In this document: piece after piece, positions 18,339 through 27,266 of the stretch | How positions within the stretch are numbered: position 1 is the first letter of the stretch | Layout of the letters: each line of letters starts with the position of its first letter | Assembly (NCBI GenBank): GCA_038231155.1 | Contig: JBBRLY010000012.1 | Coordinates: 64,645 to 128,644 of the forward strand | Direction: 5' to 3' | From: Candidatus Saccharimonadales bacterium | GTDB taxonomy: Bacteria > Patescibacteriota > Saccharimonadia > Saccharimonadales > JANWIN01 | DNA length: 64,000 bases | The notes under the pieces: model-generated | The model's database searches: none | The model's input: the letters and a program-made list of their open reading frames with translations, nothing else | What the model was told of the DNA's origin: nothing | Program-made: the position numbers and the translations under genes

Positions 18339-19036
18339 ACCCCTGGCGACCCGACAGAAATGATGCGCGAACAAGAAGTGCGACTCGAGCCGCAAGAACT
18401 CCCGGGTCAGGTCCCGTTCGCGGCCGATCACCTTCTTCACCGCGATCGTCGTGTTGTCGTAACTCGTCCGGGTCGGGACCCCGCCGAAGAACGAGAACGC
18501 GGCGACATGCGCGGCTTGGAATGTCTCGGTGCATTCGCGCGGATATGCCGACAGGTGCCACGCATCCGAAAACGGCAACGTCATCACCGCGAACGCCGCC
18601 TTGGTCCGTTCGCCGGCGATCACGACCGTTGCTTCACCGAAATCGAACTGCGCTTCGCCCGGCGGATGGCTGAGCGGCACGAAAACTTCTCTGCCATGCC
18701 GCTTCGTTTGCGCGACGTAACGGCGGACCTGAACCTCGCTGCCCCGATAGTCGTGCTCGTCACGCAGCCGGTGGAAGATCCGCCGAGCCGTGTGTCGCTG
18801 CTTCGGAGGCGCGTCCCGATCCGCCGCCAACATCTCGTCGATCAACCCGACAAACGGCCCCAGCATGGGCTGCGCCCGCGGCCCCCGGAACCGATATCCC
18901 GGCGGCTCCGCATGCTCGAGAATCTTCTCCAGCGTCTGCCAGCCCATCTTGTACTCACGACAGATCTCGCGCTTCGAGACCCCTCGACGAGCACCCTGCG
19001 CCGGATCTCTGACCACAGCTCCATATCGGTACGCAC
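18339..19036 (-). pseudogene. istA: IS21-family transposase IstA, frameshifted and 3'-truncated
   Basis: MELWSEIRRRVLVEG (HTH start) in one frame, continues as SKREICREYKMGWQTLEKIL...PLSHPPGEAQFDFGEA...LPFSDAW...GGVPTRTSYDNTTIAV in another; homology stops abruptly at the AT-rich element. Confidence 0.7.
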
Positions 19037-19129
19037 CCTTCTCCGTCCTGCTCGCCGGACTCTCCCGAGGAAGCCTCAAGGAGCCCAAACCAGCCGACGG
19101 GGACCGTCAGGTGCTGCCGTTTTCGACGA

Positions 19130-19660
19130 TCACAAACCCATCACAGGTGCTGTCGTTTTCGAAGAGCGTTTACAGGCGTGCCGCCGCTGTCGGTAGCGGG
19201 CATCGGCAGGCACTCCGGATTTCCGTATTGGATCCGGTGCCTCCGACATAGGATCGATGCCCTTATCAGCCAGCCTGCGCTGGCTCTTAGCGACTCGCCA
19301 TCTCGTGAGGCGTCCGTTCGCCCGACTGCGTGGAAAGAGAGTAGCGCCGACGGTCAGTGCGGCAAGCATATTGATCGCAGAGGCAGTCAGCAGCGACGCG
19401 TGATATAGCCCATGATCTTTTGGGAGTAGAACAGCGAGTGCAAAGCCTGCCCATACGGCGGCGGCGGCGCCGGCGGCGCACAGGAACCGGATGCCGCGAG
19501 TGAGATACGCGCCGAGATCCGAGAGGCTCGTGGTCAGAAACGCGGTGATGGCAGCGGGCGCTGCGACCAGGAGTGCACCGACCGCTGCAGCCACTTGCCT
19601 GAGGCCCTCGCCCGGCGCCAAATCAAGGGCGTAAATGGGATTTTCGTAGGAAGTAGCCAC
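19130..19660 (-). CDS. hypothetical membrane protein of high-GC origin, C-terminus probably disrupted
   Basis: Ala/Leu-rich hydrophobic helices and G/C-ending codons in this frame; the last ~50 aa are basic and run into IS-flanking sequence. Confidence 0.35.
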   Translation of the reverse strand: MATSYENPIYALDLAPGEGLRQVAAAVGALLVAAPAAITAFLTTSLSDLGAYLTRGIRFLCAAGAAAAVWAGFALAVLLPKDHGLYHASLLTASAINMLAALTVGATLFPRSRANGRLTRWRVAKSQRRLADKGIDPMSEAPDPIRKSGVPADARYRQRRHACKRSSKTTAPVMGL

Positions 19661-20086
19661 ACACGATTGCTAGTAATAAGGCGCCTCCGGCTAGCGCGAC
19701 GACGGCGCTCGTTCGCGCTAACTGCAGCTCGGCTATCGCCGTCCGTACGGTAAGCCCGATAGATGATTTGCTTTATCATGGAGAGTTTTCAGAGAGACCA
19801 CCAAGAGATCGTTGGATCTTGAAGCTCGGGTCGTTGAAACACGGAAGCCTCTGGGCACCCGTAGGTCCCGCGAGCGCTTGTCTGATTTGCCCGCTTAGGA
19901 GATAATTGCTTGGGCGGTCAGGTGTCTGACCTGCGGCGATGGGTTCGAAAGAGATCCCAGGCAGCCCGCCAATTGCCGGGACGAATTCCATTAATGTGCC
20001 AGCTTCAAAATACAACACTGAGGCAGGTTAGCGATCAGATGTTTAGAATTCACAACAGTCTGTTATAATTGGCCAGGCTAAAACCA

Positions 20087-20179
20087 GGAGAGGTACCCAA
20101 GAGGCTGAAGGGGTCGGTTTGCTAAATCGATAGGGGGAAGCAATTTCCCGCGAGGGTTCGAATCCCTCCCTCTCCGCCA
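20087..20179 (+). tRNA. tRNA-Ser (anticodon GCU), CCA encoded
   Basis: Acceptor GGAGAGG/CCTCTCC, anticodon loop TTGCTAA, long variable arm, T-loop GGTTCGAATCC. Confidence 0.9.
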
Positions 20180-20354
20180 GCATAGCTATCCAATCATTTG
20201 ACCGGTTCTTTATGTTACTAAAATTTATTCGATATTGTTTTTAGCTATAACTAATTAATTTAAAGTTTAATGGTTCAATAACTTGAAGTCGTTTAAATTG
20301 TGCTGATAAGGTAATAACTTTCAGCTTATAGTTAATAGTTGTAAAATAATACTT

Positions 20355-20939
20355 ATGGCAAGTGAGCAACCCGGGCAGGTTATCAATCCTGATGCAGTGC
20401 ACCCTCAGTCTAGTTGGCAATTTCATGCCGAAGAGTCATCAGATCCCGGCGCTTCACCCCAAGTACCTAGCAGTGATGTCGAAACCGTAAGTTGGTCGGC
20501 ATCTGAATTTATCGCCCATGATAAATCTGCTGGTTGGTACAGTTTATTAGTCCTTGGCACAATTGTGTTAGCGGCCTTGGTTTATCTTTTGAGCCATGGT
20601 GATAAGGTATCGACTGGAGTAGTCATAATTGTACTAGCTGTTTTTGGGATAATGGCAGCTCGTAAACCACGAGAGCTAAATTATAGTGTTGATGATAAAG
20701 GCTTACATATTGGTGATAAATTTTATAACTACAGTACCTTTAGATCATTTTCTATAGTTCAGCAAGATTCTGTGGAGTCAATCTGGTTAATGCCACTAAA
20801 ACGCTTCTTACCAATTATTACTATTTATTTTGACAGCCATGATGGTCAAAAAATTACCGATACTCTTAGCCAATTTTTACCAGTTGAAAATCGTCAACCT
20901 GATTTGGTTGATAAACTTATGCACCGACTGCGGTTTTAG
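20355..20939 (+). CDS. hypothetical membrane protein (two central TM helices)
   Basis: ORF with good length; WYSLLVLGTIVLAALVYLL and VVIIVLAVFGIMAA helices; no motif recognised. Confidence 0.5.
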   Translation: MASEQPGQVINPDAVHPQSSWQFHAEESSDPGASPQVPSSDVETVSWSASEFIAHDKSAGWYSLLVLGTIVLAALVYLLSHGDKVSTGVVIIVLAVFGIMAARKPRELNYSVDDKGLHIGDKFYNYSTFRSFSIVQQDSVESIWLMPLKRFLPIITIYFDSHDGQKITDTLSQFLPVENRQPDLVDKLMHRLRF

Positions 20940-21086
20940 TAAACTAAGAAATCCTCTAAATTGTAAGAAACTAATTAATTCAAGAGCTGTCTATTAAAAA
21001 CTTTATAACTTTAAATTTAGTAAACCCAAACTAGCACTACAGGTGTTTTGGTTAACAGATTAATTATGCTAAACTTCCCCTGTTAT

Positions 21087-21164
21087 GCACCCGTAGCTCA
21101 GCTGGATTAGAGTGCATCCTTGCGGAGGATGAGGTCACAGGTTCGAATCCTGTCGGGTGTACCA
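21087..21164 (+). tRNA. tRNA-Arg (anticodon GCG), CCA encoded; 3' end overlapped by recombinase ORF
   Basis: Cloverleaf folded by hand: acceptor GCACCCG/CGGGTGT (G1-U72 wobble), anticodon stem CATCC/GGATG with loop TTGCGGA, T-loop GGTTCGAATCC. Confidence 0.85.
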
Positions 21165-22748
21165 AGATTTCAAAATAGCATCTTCGGATGCTTTTTGTAT
21201 CTTATGGGGCTCGGTTCTAACCTTTTCAATTTCGTTTCTTAGAGCTTGAACCTCATTTTTTATAGGAATAAGCCATTCATTAGGGGTGATAACTAGCTTT
21301 TTGTCTATTAATATAGGGTTCTGACCAATGGCTAAAAGTATTTCTACTTTGTCATTTACATTACCAGTAACGAACTTTTCGTTAGCATTTGTTAGTGTTT
21401 CGAGTGTTTTTCCAACAATTTCGTACCAATTCTTTACTCTATCCGCTGTTTTGGATTGTTCTTTCTGTCGTTCTTTAAGCTCTTTTGCCAACTTCGTGCT
21501 TCTTTGCTGATAAACCTCTGGTGTAATGGCTCCAAACTCAGCCATGTCTAAAAGGTTATCCAATTTCTTCTGTACAGCAGCAATTGATTCGAATTGCATT
21601 GACTGAACTTCATCTCGCTCACTTATTTCTTCCTTTGCCATTTCGTTCAAGGCTTTTATGCCCCATTCATAAAGCTTAGGAGTAACCTCGTAGCAATCGA
21701 GTAATTCATTTACCTGTGCAAACAGATCTGCCTCCCGAACCGAGCTTCTTTGTGAGCAAGGCTTTTTGAGTGTGCAGTGATAGTAGGTATGATAGTTTAT
21801 TTCACCGTTAACTAACTTCTTCTTTTTAAGCTCTGCAGTTATCATGCAGCCACACTCTCCACACCTAATAAATCCCCTCAGATCAAACTGTCTTCGTGAT
21901 GCTAATCTAGGGCATCCACGCTTACCTAATATGTCTTGGACTCTGTCATACTCGTCCAGGCTAATCATCGCAGGGAAACTGGCTTTAGCATATACGCCAG
22001 GTATCTCAGGATCTGGTATTTGCCCTGCATATCTAATATTCCTAAACATACCGTAAAGAGAAGAACGATTTATTGGCCCACCACCAACTTTGGTTCGTCT
22101 AACTGTCGTATAGCCCCAGTCTTCGTTCATGATTCGTCTTATTTCTGGGACTGTATATTTACCACTAAGCAGTAGATCAAAAGCATCTCTTACTAGATTG
22201 GATCTAATTGGATCTTTAACGACTTCCTTTTTGCTCCTCTTAGTAACATTAAGATAACCCTCTGGAGCAACACCCGAAAGCTCACCGTTTCGTAGCTTAT
22301 GGTAAATACCTCGTTTAACATTTTTACGGAGTTCAAGTATATATTGATTACCTATACTTGCTTCGACACTGAAAACAACTGCATTATCATCAGGTAGGTG
22401 CTCTTTATCATGCGCTTGGATACTCTTTATCTTTTCATCTTGAAGCATTTGCTGCAAAATACCGCTTTCAGTAGGGTTTCGAGACAGTCTATTAATATGC
22501 CAGCACAAAATTCCATCTGCTTCACCTAGCTCAAGCATTTTTAACATTTGAGTAAACCCATCTCTCAGAAAAGGTGTTTTAGCAGATTTAGAATCCTCTA
22601 GCTCTTTTACTACATTGATCTTCAGTCGCATAGCCAGCTTCCTTAAAACATCTAGTTGATCAGGGATTGATTGCACTTGCTTATCTCTATCTTCAGATGA
22701 CTTTCGTGCATATAAGATGTAGCGTAAATTGTTTCTATCTTGTTTCAT
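21135..22748 (-). CDS. large serine recombinase (phage-integrase-type)
   Basis: N-terminal resolvase domain YILYARKSSEDRDKQ ... RLSRN, recombinase domain, zinc-ribbon CGECGCMITAE...YYHC, C-terminal coiled coil; final 10 codons (WYTRQDSNL) are the reverse complement of the tRNA-Arg 3' end. Confidence 0.9.
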   Translation of the reverse strand: MKQDRNNLRYILYARKSSEDRDKQVQSIPDQLDVLRKLAMRLKINVVKELEDSKSAKTPFLRDGFTQMLKMLELGEADGILCWHINRLSRNPTESGILQQMLQDEKIKSIQAHDKEHLPDDNAVVFSVEASIGNQYILELRKNVKRGIYHKLRNGELSGVAPEGYLNVTKRSKKEVVKDPIRSNLVRDAFDLLLSGKYTVPEIRRIMNEDWGYTTVRRTKVGGGPINRSSLYGMFRNIRYAGQIPDPEIPGVYAKASFPAMISLDEYDRVQDILGKRGCPRLASRRQFDLRGFIRCGECGCMITAELKKKKLVNGEINYHTYYHCTLKKPCSQRSSVREADLFAQVNELLDCYEVTPKLYEWGIKALNEMAKEEISERDEVQSMQFESIAAVQKKLDNLLDMAEFGAITPEVYQQRSTKLAKELKERQKEQSKTADRVKNWYEIVGKTLETLTNANEKFVTGNVNDKVEILLAIGQNPILIDKKLVITPNEWLIPIKNEVQALRNEIEKVRTEPHKIQKASEDAILKSWYTRQDSNL

Positions 22749-22779
22749 TTTAGCTCCTAACTAAAAAGGACGACCGGTT

Positions 22780-22880
22780 GTTCACACAGTCTGTAGCGAA
22801 ACGCAACATTCTGATACCAGTCGCCCATTTTAGGGCCCTGAAACGAAGATACGTTTCGCATGGTAACAGATCGTGTGAAC
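22780..22880. repeat. 101-nt imperfect palindrome immediately upstream of the recombinase gene
   Basis: Left arm GTTCACACAGTCTGTAGCGAAACG, right arm CGTTTCGCATGGTAACAGATCGTGTGAAC; blocks GTTCACAC/GTGTGAAC and GCGAAACG/CGTTTCGC are perfect. Confidence 0.6.
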
Positions 22881-22916
22881 GATTACCATTGTACATTAAG
22901 TATTGTTAAAGTTACA

Positions 22917-24278
22917 TCAATCTTTAAAGAGATTGTTGGCTATTTCTATGATTTCCTTGGCCTCATCTGCACTGGTAGCCCCCTGGGCCATACCTATATT
23001 GTTTTTTTCGGGGAACCATTGAGGGAATATGTGCCAGCTTCGTTTATCACCCTCTGATGGCTTTTGCTGCATTATCATGCCACTGTTCTCTAATTGGGGT
23101 AGTATCTGCCTACGCAACTGTTCATCGTTTAACATGGTGTGCTCTATTTTTAAGTAGTAACGTGCAACATCATGCCTGGTAATGCCTACTTTTCCATCTT
23201 CCATGTCGCCTGAGTAGTCCTCATCTTTCTTTTCATTAAATGCTGGTAGAATATATTTTTTGTAAAAGTTCATCAGTACAGGTGGTAGATTTAGGTCTTG
23301 GCTCTCAATAAAGTAACCCCATAATTCGAAGGCTTGATCAATGTCATCTTCAGATGCTTCATACGAATGACTGCTTTTCTTTCTTGACCATACATTTAGT
23401 AGGGCGATCGCTTTTATAAGCTTCATTAAATGAGCCATATCTCGCATATGTCGGGGCTTAACACTACTTAGCTTTTTATAGAACCGTTTTTCAACAGCTT
23501 CAGAATCAGTAATGATAATGTCATCAACTTCTTCATCTCTTATCGCTAAAATCCGTTCTTTCAGCGCTATTCTTTTTGAGTCCACATTTATAGCACTTTT
23601 AAAAGCCACTTCATTTGCTCCTCGTTGTGCTTGAAGATGCACACCTTCTTTTAACTTGCTTTCAGTAACTTCTGGACTAAGTAGGATAGCCCGGGTGGCT
23701 TCTTGCTCATCGAGTCTCATGCCGGCAGAGCAAAACACAGTTGCAGGAAATCCCTGCATTATTATCAATTGAGCTCTATGTTCACCCTTTTGGCCTTTAT
23801 TGGTAATTCTATACTTGGTTTCCCACTGATCGTGCGAAAGTACCGATCTTAGTTTGGCTTGAAGCGTTGGGTCTGGCTGCTCGTAAAAGATCAGTATCTT
23901 TCTAGATAATGAAACTATCTTCGCCTTTCTGTTTTTATCTATTACTCCCTCACCGTGAAAGAATGATGTGGGACTTGCTCCGCTGAGTTCGATCTTATCT
24001 TCTTTAGGGAATAGCTTAGCAACCTCAGTAGTTAGGTAGGATTTGCCCGACGAACTTGGTGCATTGAAACTCACGTTAATTTGGTTGCTGTGGGTATAAG
24101 CCGAGAGCATACATAGAAAAGTTACTAGCTTATTTTCATAGTCATGCTTAATTGTTAGCGACAAAACATCTGCAAGTTCATTTAGTGACATTTCTTTAAA
24201 AGGTGGGGCTTTTGGCTGCTTGCGCAGCCTTTCAAGCTTTTCCAGTTTGCCATTCAATGTTGAGTTAATTTCTTGCAT
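22917..24278 (-). CDS. P-loop NTPase, putative replication/primase-helicase-type protein of the element
   Basis: Walker A-like FNAPSSSGKSYLTTEV about 75 aa in; size and position next to the recombinase fit SF3/D5-type element replication proteins; not verified. Confidence 0.4.
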   Translation of the reverse strand: MQEINSTLNGKLEKLERLRKQPKAPPFKEMSLNELADVLSLTIKHDYENKLVTFLCMLSAYTHSNQINVSFNAPSSSGKSYLTTEVAKLFPKEDKIELSGASPTSFFHGEGVIDKNRKAKIVSLSRKILIFYEQPDPTLQAKLRSVLSHDQWETKYRITNKGQKGEHRAQLIIMQGFPATVFCSAGMRLDEQEATRAILLSPEVTESKLKEGVHLQAQRGANEVAFKSAINVDSKRIALKERILAIRDEEVDDIIITDSEAVEKRFYKKLSSVKPRHMRDMAHLMKLIKAIALLNVWSRKKSSHSYEASEDDIDQAFELWGYFIESQDLNLPPVLMNFYKKYILPAFNEKKDEDYSGDMEDGKVGITRHDVARYYLKIEHTMLNDEQLRRQILPQLENSGMIMQQKPSEGDKRSWHIFPQWFPEKNNIGMAQGATSADEAKEIIEIANNLFKD

Positions 24279-24501
24279 AGCTAGCCTCGCAGTCTGGGCA
24301 GTTACAATTTGGCCACGATATGTTAACTGTTAGTCTAGAAACTTCGTTCGATAATCGTTCAGCTTCTCGACCGTTTAGTAGGCCGCTCCCATATTGGTAG
24401 TTTATGTACGCACACATTGCACTTGCTGCTTTCTGTAGCATCTTTGGACTAGTGATTTGGTGGTGTAGTTTTCTTGGTGCTGTTTGGGTTAATGTTGCCA
24501 T
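24265..24501 (-). CDS. hypothetical small protein
   Basis: ORF only; an internal Met (about 24441) would remove the overlap with the upstream ORF. Confidence 0.3.
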   Translation of the reverse strand: MATLTQTAPRKLHHQITSPKMLQKAASAMCAYINYQYGSGLLNGREAERLSNEVSRLTVNISWPNCNCPDCEASYARN

Positions 24502-24715
24502 TGTTATTCTCCTTAAAAATTAATTGTTTATTACGTTTCTTACTTACGATAAAACGCATAATGGCAACGCCAGCTTCTTGAGCTTGTTCGGTTGTAAGGC
24601 ACAAACCGAACTCAGCTTTTAGCAAGCCCTGAAGTTCATTGATACGTTCATCACTTAGTTTCATTTGCAACCTCTCCAGTGGTTCCGTATCGACCCCAAT
24701 TCTATTTGTCGACAA
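24449..24715 (-). CDS. hypothetical small protein
   Basis: ORF only, co-directional with neighbours. Confidence 0.35.
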   Translation of the reverse strand: MSTNRIGVDTEPLERLQMKLSDERINELQGLLKAEFGLCLTTEQAQEAGVAIMRFIVSKKRNKQLIFKENNNGNINPNSTKKTTPPNH

Positions 24716-24827
24716 CGGAATTAATTGAATTGGTAGCTTAATGTTCGCAATAAAATAATAATAAATACGCTAAGCACGATTTATTCTTGCCTTAGAGGTG
24801 TTATTCTGGGATTATTCTTGATTTGTT

Positions 24828-25601
24828 CTAATTTAGAGCGGCGACTTTTATGGTATCTATTTCTGATTCGGTGAGATGCACTGTCTGTGCAACTCTTATA
24901 GAACCTGGAGTAGCATGAATAAATACTCTTAGAGCTCCATTTTTTATGTCAAAGTGAGAGTGTTGAATGGCTGCTTTAATGTTGCTAAGGCCTTTCATAC
25001 CTGGCTTGGTTTTCAATAAGCTAGAGGACACATCTCGACCAGGCGAATGATTCAAGCAGTAATTAATAATATCGAAAGCTCTGCCACCTCGCATCGAGCT
25101 TAACAGGTAAACGCTATTGCCGACAGTGACTTGGGGCCTAGAGATGTTTTCAAAACTCAGCACGGCTAAGTGATTTTTGGTTTCGAGCTCTGCTGAAAAC
25201 ATGTTTGGGTCTCCGCCTTCAGCCAGCACTCTCAGAATGTTGGGCTTTAAGTCGTTCCGTGGGAAGAGTTTGCTTGCTCTTTTCGGATCTCGTTCATAGG
25301 TTGCGTATTCTTCGTATTTCATCAGCACGTCATAAAAGGTACTGAGCAGTTTTACGTGATAGGTATCGTCTTCTGTATTGGTAAATAGATTTTTATCAGC
25401 GTCAGGCCACTTGATGATCTCGATACATCGTTTCCCCTCGATTTTCCAGAGCATTGCCATTATGTCTAGGGTGTCTGCTCTAGAAACCCCGGAACGGCTA
25501 AGCCGTAACATCGAAACAACTATTGGTTCATCGGGCCCAACTTGTTTTGACTTCTCGTCAATAAGTTCTAAAACCGTATAAACCTTTTCGACATCTGTCA
25601 T
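24828..25601 (-). CDS. hypothetical protein co-transcribed with XRE regulator
   Basis: 257-aa ORF starting 8 nt after the HTH gene stop; no motif recognised. Confidence 0.5.
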   Translation of the reverse strand: MTDVEKVYTVLELIDEKSKQVGPDEPIVVSMLRLSRSGVSRADTLDIMAMLWKIEGKRCIEIIKWPDADKNLFTNTEDDTYHVKLLSTFYDVLMKYEEYATYERDPKRASKLFPRNDLKPNILRVLAEGGDPNMFSAELETKNHLAVLSFENISRPQVTVGNSVYLLSSMRGGRAFDIINYCLNHSPGRDVSSSLLKTKPGMKGLSNIKAAIQHSHFDIKNGALRVFIHATPGSIRVAQTVHLTESEIDTIKVAALN

Positions 25602-25609
25602 TTGGCTAC

Positions 25610-25840
25610 CTAAAGACGTTTAAATATATCTTCGACTCTGGTATCAAGAGCAGAAGCAATTTTATAAATAGTTGTGACTGTTGGTCTCCTTTTGCCAGTC
25701 TCGATGTTAGCGAGTGCAACCCGATCTATATCAGCTTCCGCAGCAAGTTTTTCTTGTGTCATGCCCTTTTGTTTACGAATTGAGGCAATACGCTTGGCTA
25801 AAGCATCGAGAAATTGTTTTTCTTTGTAATCATTTGACAT
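25610..25840 (-). CDS. XRE-family helix-turn-helix transcriptional regulator
   Basis: GMTQEKLAAEADIDRVALANIETGKRRPTVTTIYKIASAL is a canonical Cro/C1 HTH. Confidence 0.85.
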   Translation of the reverse strand: MSNDYKEKQFLDALAKRIASIRKQKGMTQEKLAAEADIDRVALANIETGKRRPTVTTIYKIASALDTRVEDIFKRL

Positions 25841-25944
25841 CTACTCCTTTGGTATGTATGCCCATGAGCAAAGCCCATAATCATTTGATTACATTTGCTA
25901 ACTCAGCTAACATCAAAGTAGTCAATTGATTACAGACTACATAT

Positions 25945-26412
25945 ATGAAAATTCAGCAACTAGACACTCAACAAGTAGAAATAGTAGGTCGCAACCTACT
26001 TACTTCTTTATTGACAGCTGATGGGATCGAAGTCGCAGAACCATTAAGAGATAAAGGGGTTGATTTAATAGCTTTCAGTGATCCAACAAGTAAAAAATTC
26101 AAAGCAATACCGATACAGTTGAAAGCTTCTAGTGCATCCAGTTTTAGTATTGATAAGAAGTACGAAAAATTTCCAAACCTACAAATGGCATATGTTTGGC
26201 ATGTAAGTGAACCCCTGAAAGCAAGTGTATATATCATGACTTACGCTAATGCCGTAGGGATTGCCAAAACACAAAAGTATACAGAATCCGAATCATGGAA
26301 ATCTAATGGATATTATGTGACAAATAAACCTAGCAGAGAACTCATTAAGCTACTCGATAAGTATAGATACCAGTCTGGAAGATTACTTGGAGATATAAAC
26401 ACATTACAATAA
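25945..26412 (+). CDS. hypothetical protein, possible PD-(D/E)xK nuclease fold
   Basis: E..(GVDLIAF)..IQLK spacing resembles the D...(E/Q)xK motif; weak, sequence-pattern only. Confidence 0.3.
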   Translation: MKIQQLDTQQVEIVGRNLLTSLLTADGIEVAEPLRDKGVDLIAFSDPTSKKFKAIPIQLKASSASSFSIDKKYEKFPNLQMAYVWHVSEPLKASVYIMTYANAVGIAKTQKYTESESWKSNGYYVTNKPSRELIKLLDKYRYQSGRLLGDINTLQ

Positions 26413-26419
26413 GCAATAC

Positions 26420-26941
26420 ATGGTCAATTATTCAAAAAAATACAAACACTTCGATGCTCTAGTTGCTGATTACAAACCTATGAAGTTTAAATACTTTGGC
26501 TATATGCATGGGGAGCATTTTACGAATCCGTTATTTCAAAAGCCATTTATTGCTATCCGTAAGCAGTTAAAGTCAATGTTTGGCTTAGAGCTGACTTACT
26601 TTGACCTACGCACCTCGTTAACCACAGAGCAACGTAAAATGGGAGACATGTTATTCCTTACACATTGTGGCAAGAATCATGCCGAGGGTGCCGAGAATGT
26701 CTCGAGGGTTGAATTAATACGCTACTTTGTTATCAAAATGCACTATCTACCAGAGTTACTGCATATAAAATCAGAGATGTACACCAAACATGGCAAACCT
26801 ATATCGAAACTACCCGACTATGTAAGTATGTACCTACTGAGGTGGCATTACTTGCTGAATGTTGATCCAAAATTTGTAGAGCTGGTACACGGTATGGATG
26901 CTAACGAAGCATCTTTAAGAATTAAAGGTCTTGTCTCTTAA
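26420..26941 (+). CDS. hypothetical protein, partner of the upstream ORF
   Basis: Starts 8 nt after the upstream stop; no motif recognised. Confidence 0.4.
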   Translation: MVNYSKKYKHFDALVADYKPMKFKYFGYMHGEHFTNPLFQKPFIAIRKQLKSMFGLELTYFDLRTSLTTEQRKMGDMLFLTHCGKNHAEGAENVSRVELIRYFVIKMHYLPELLHIKSEMYTKHGKPISKLPDYVSMYLLRWHYLLNVDPKFVELVHGMDANEASLRIKGLVS

Positions 26942-27266
26942 GGCCATTACAAGACAGGCCACCGTAGATTGGTGTCGGTAAAGGTCTATCATTGCTAGTG
27001 ATATCAACTTTTGCTCCGTAGCCATATTTACCTATCAAATCAATTGCTCTAGTGTCTCCATTAATAGCTTTTGTTAGCAGCACCATGATAATTGCTTTTA
27101 TTGGAGCGCCTTTAATAATTGTTCCGTCGCTAAGCTTTTGCTCAAAGGCTTCATCTTCCATTAATTCTTGAATCCATCTTGAAAGATGCTTTGTACCTTT
27201 TGGCTTACCATTAGGATTTCCAGACTGCCCAGCTTGCCACGATTTAAGATTCTGTTCGTTTGCCAT
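26922..27266 (-). CDS. hypothetical protein with GQSGNPNGKPKG motif (DUF5681-like, common on phages/plasmids)
   Basis: N-terminal SGNPNG(K/R)PKG pattern recalled from mobile-element proteins. Confidence 0.4.
   Translation of the reverse strand: MANEQNLKSWQAGQSGNPNGKPKGTKHLSRWIQELMEDEAFEQKLSDGTIIKGAPIKAIIMVLLTKAINGDTRAIDLIGKYGYGAKVDITSNDRPLPTPIYGGLSCNGLKRQDL

Larger units (their letters stand above)
17089..20030. other. high-GC foreign DNA island (or assembly chimera) between two tRNA-Ser genes
   Basis: Abrupt composition switch right after the tRNA CCA; e.g. 18361-18420 is 37/60 G+C versus 18/60 for 16321-16380; contains IS remnants; long overlapping ORFs on both strands typical of high-GC DNA. 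Confidence 0.8.

Noticed and set aside
17101-19481. Many long overlapping ORFs on both strands in the ORF track (e.g. 17101-17472, 17351-17602, 17403-17789, 17875-18093, 18360-19196, 18529-18720, 18790-19251, 19178-19408, 19287-19481)
   Set aside because: High-GC DNA is depleted in stop codons, so all six frames stay open. These translations are Arg/Pro/Ala-rich nonsense, and they overlap the recognisable IstA and NDT-like frames.
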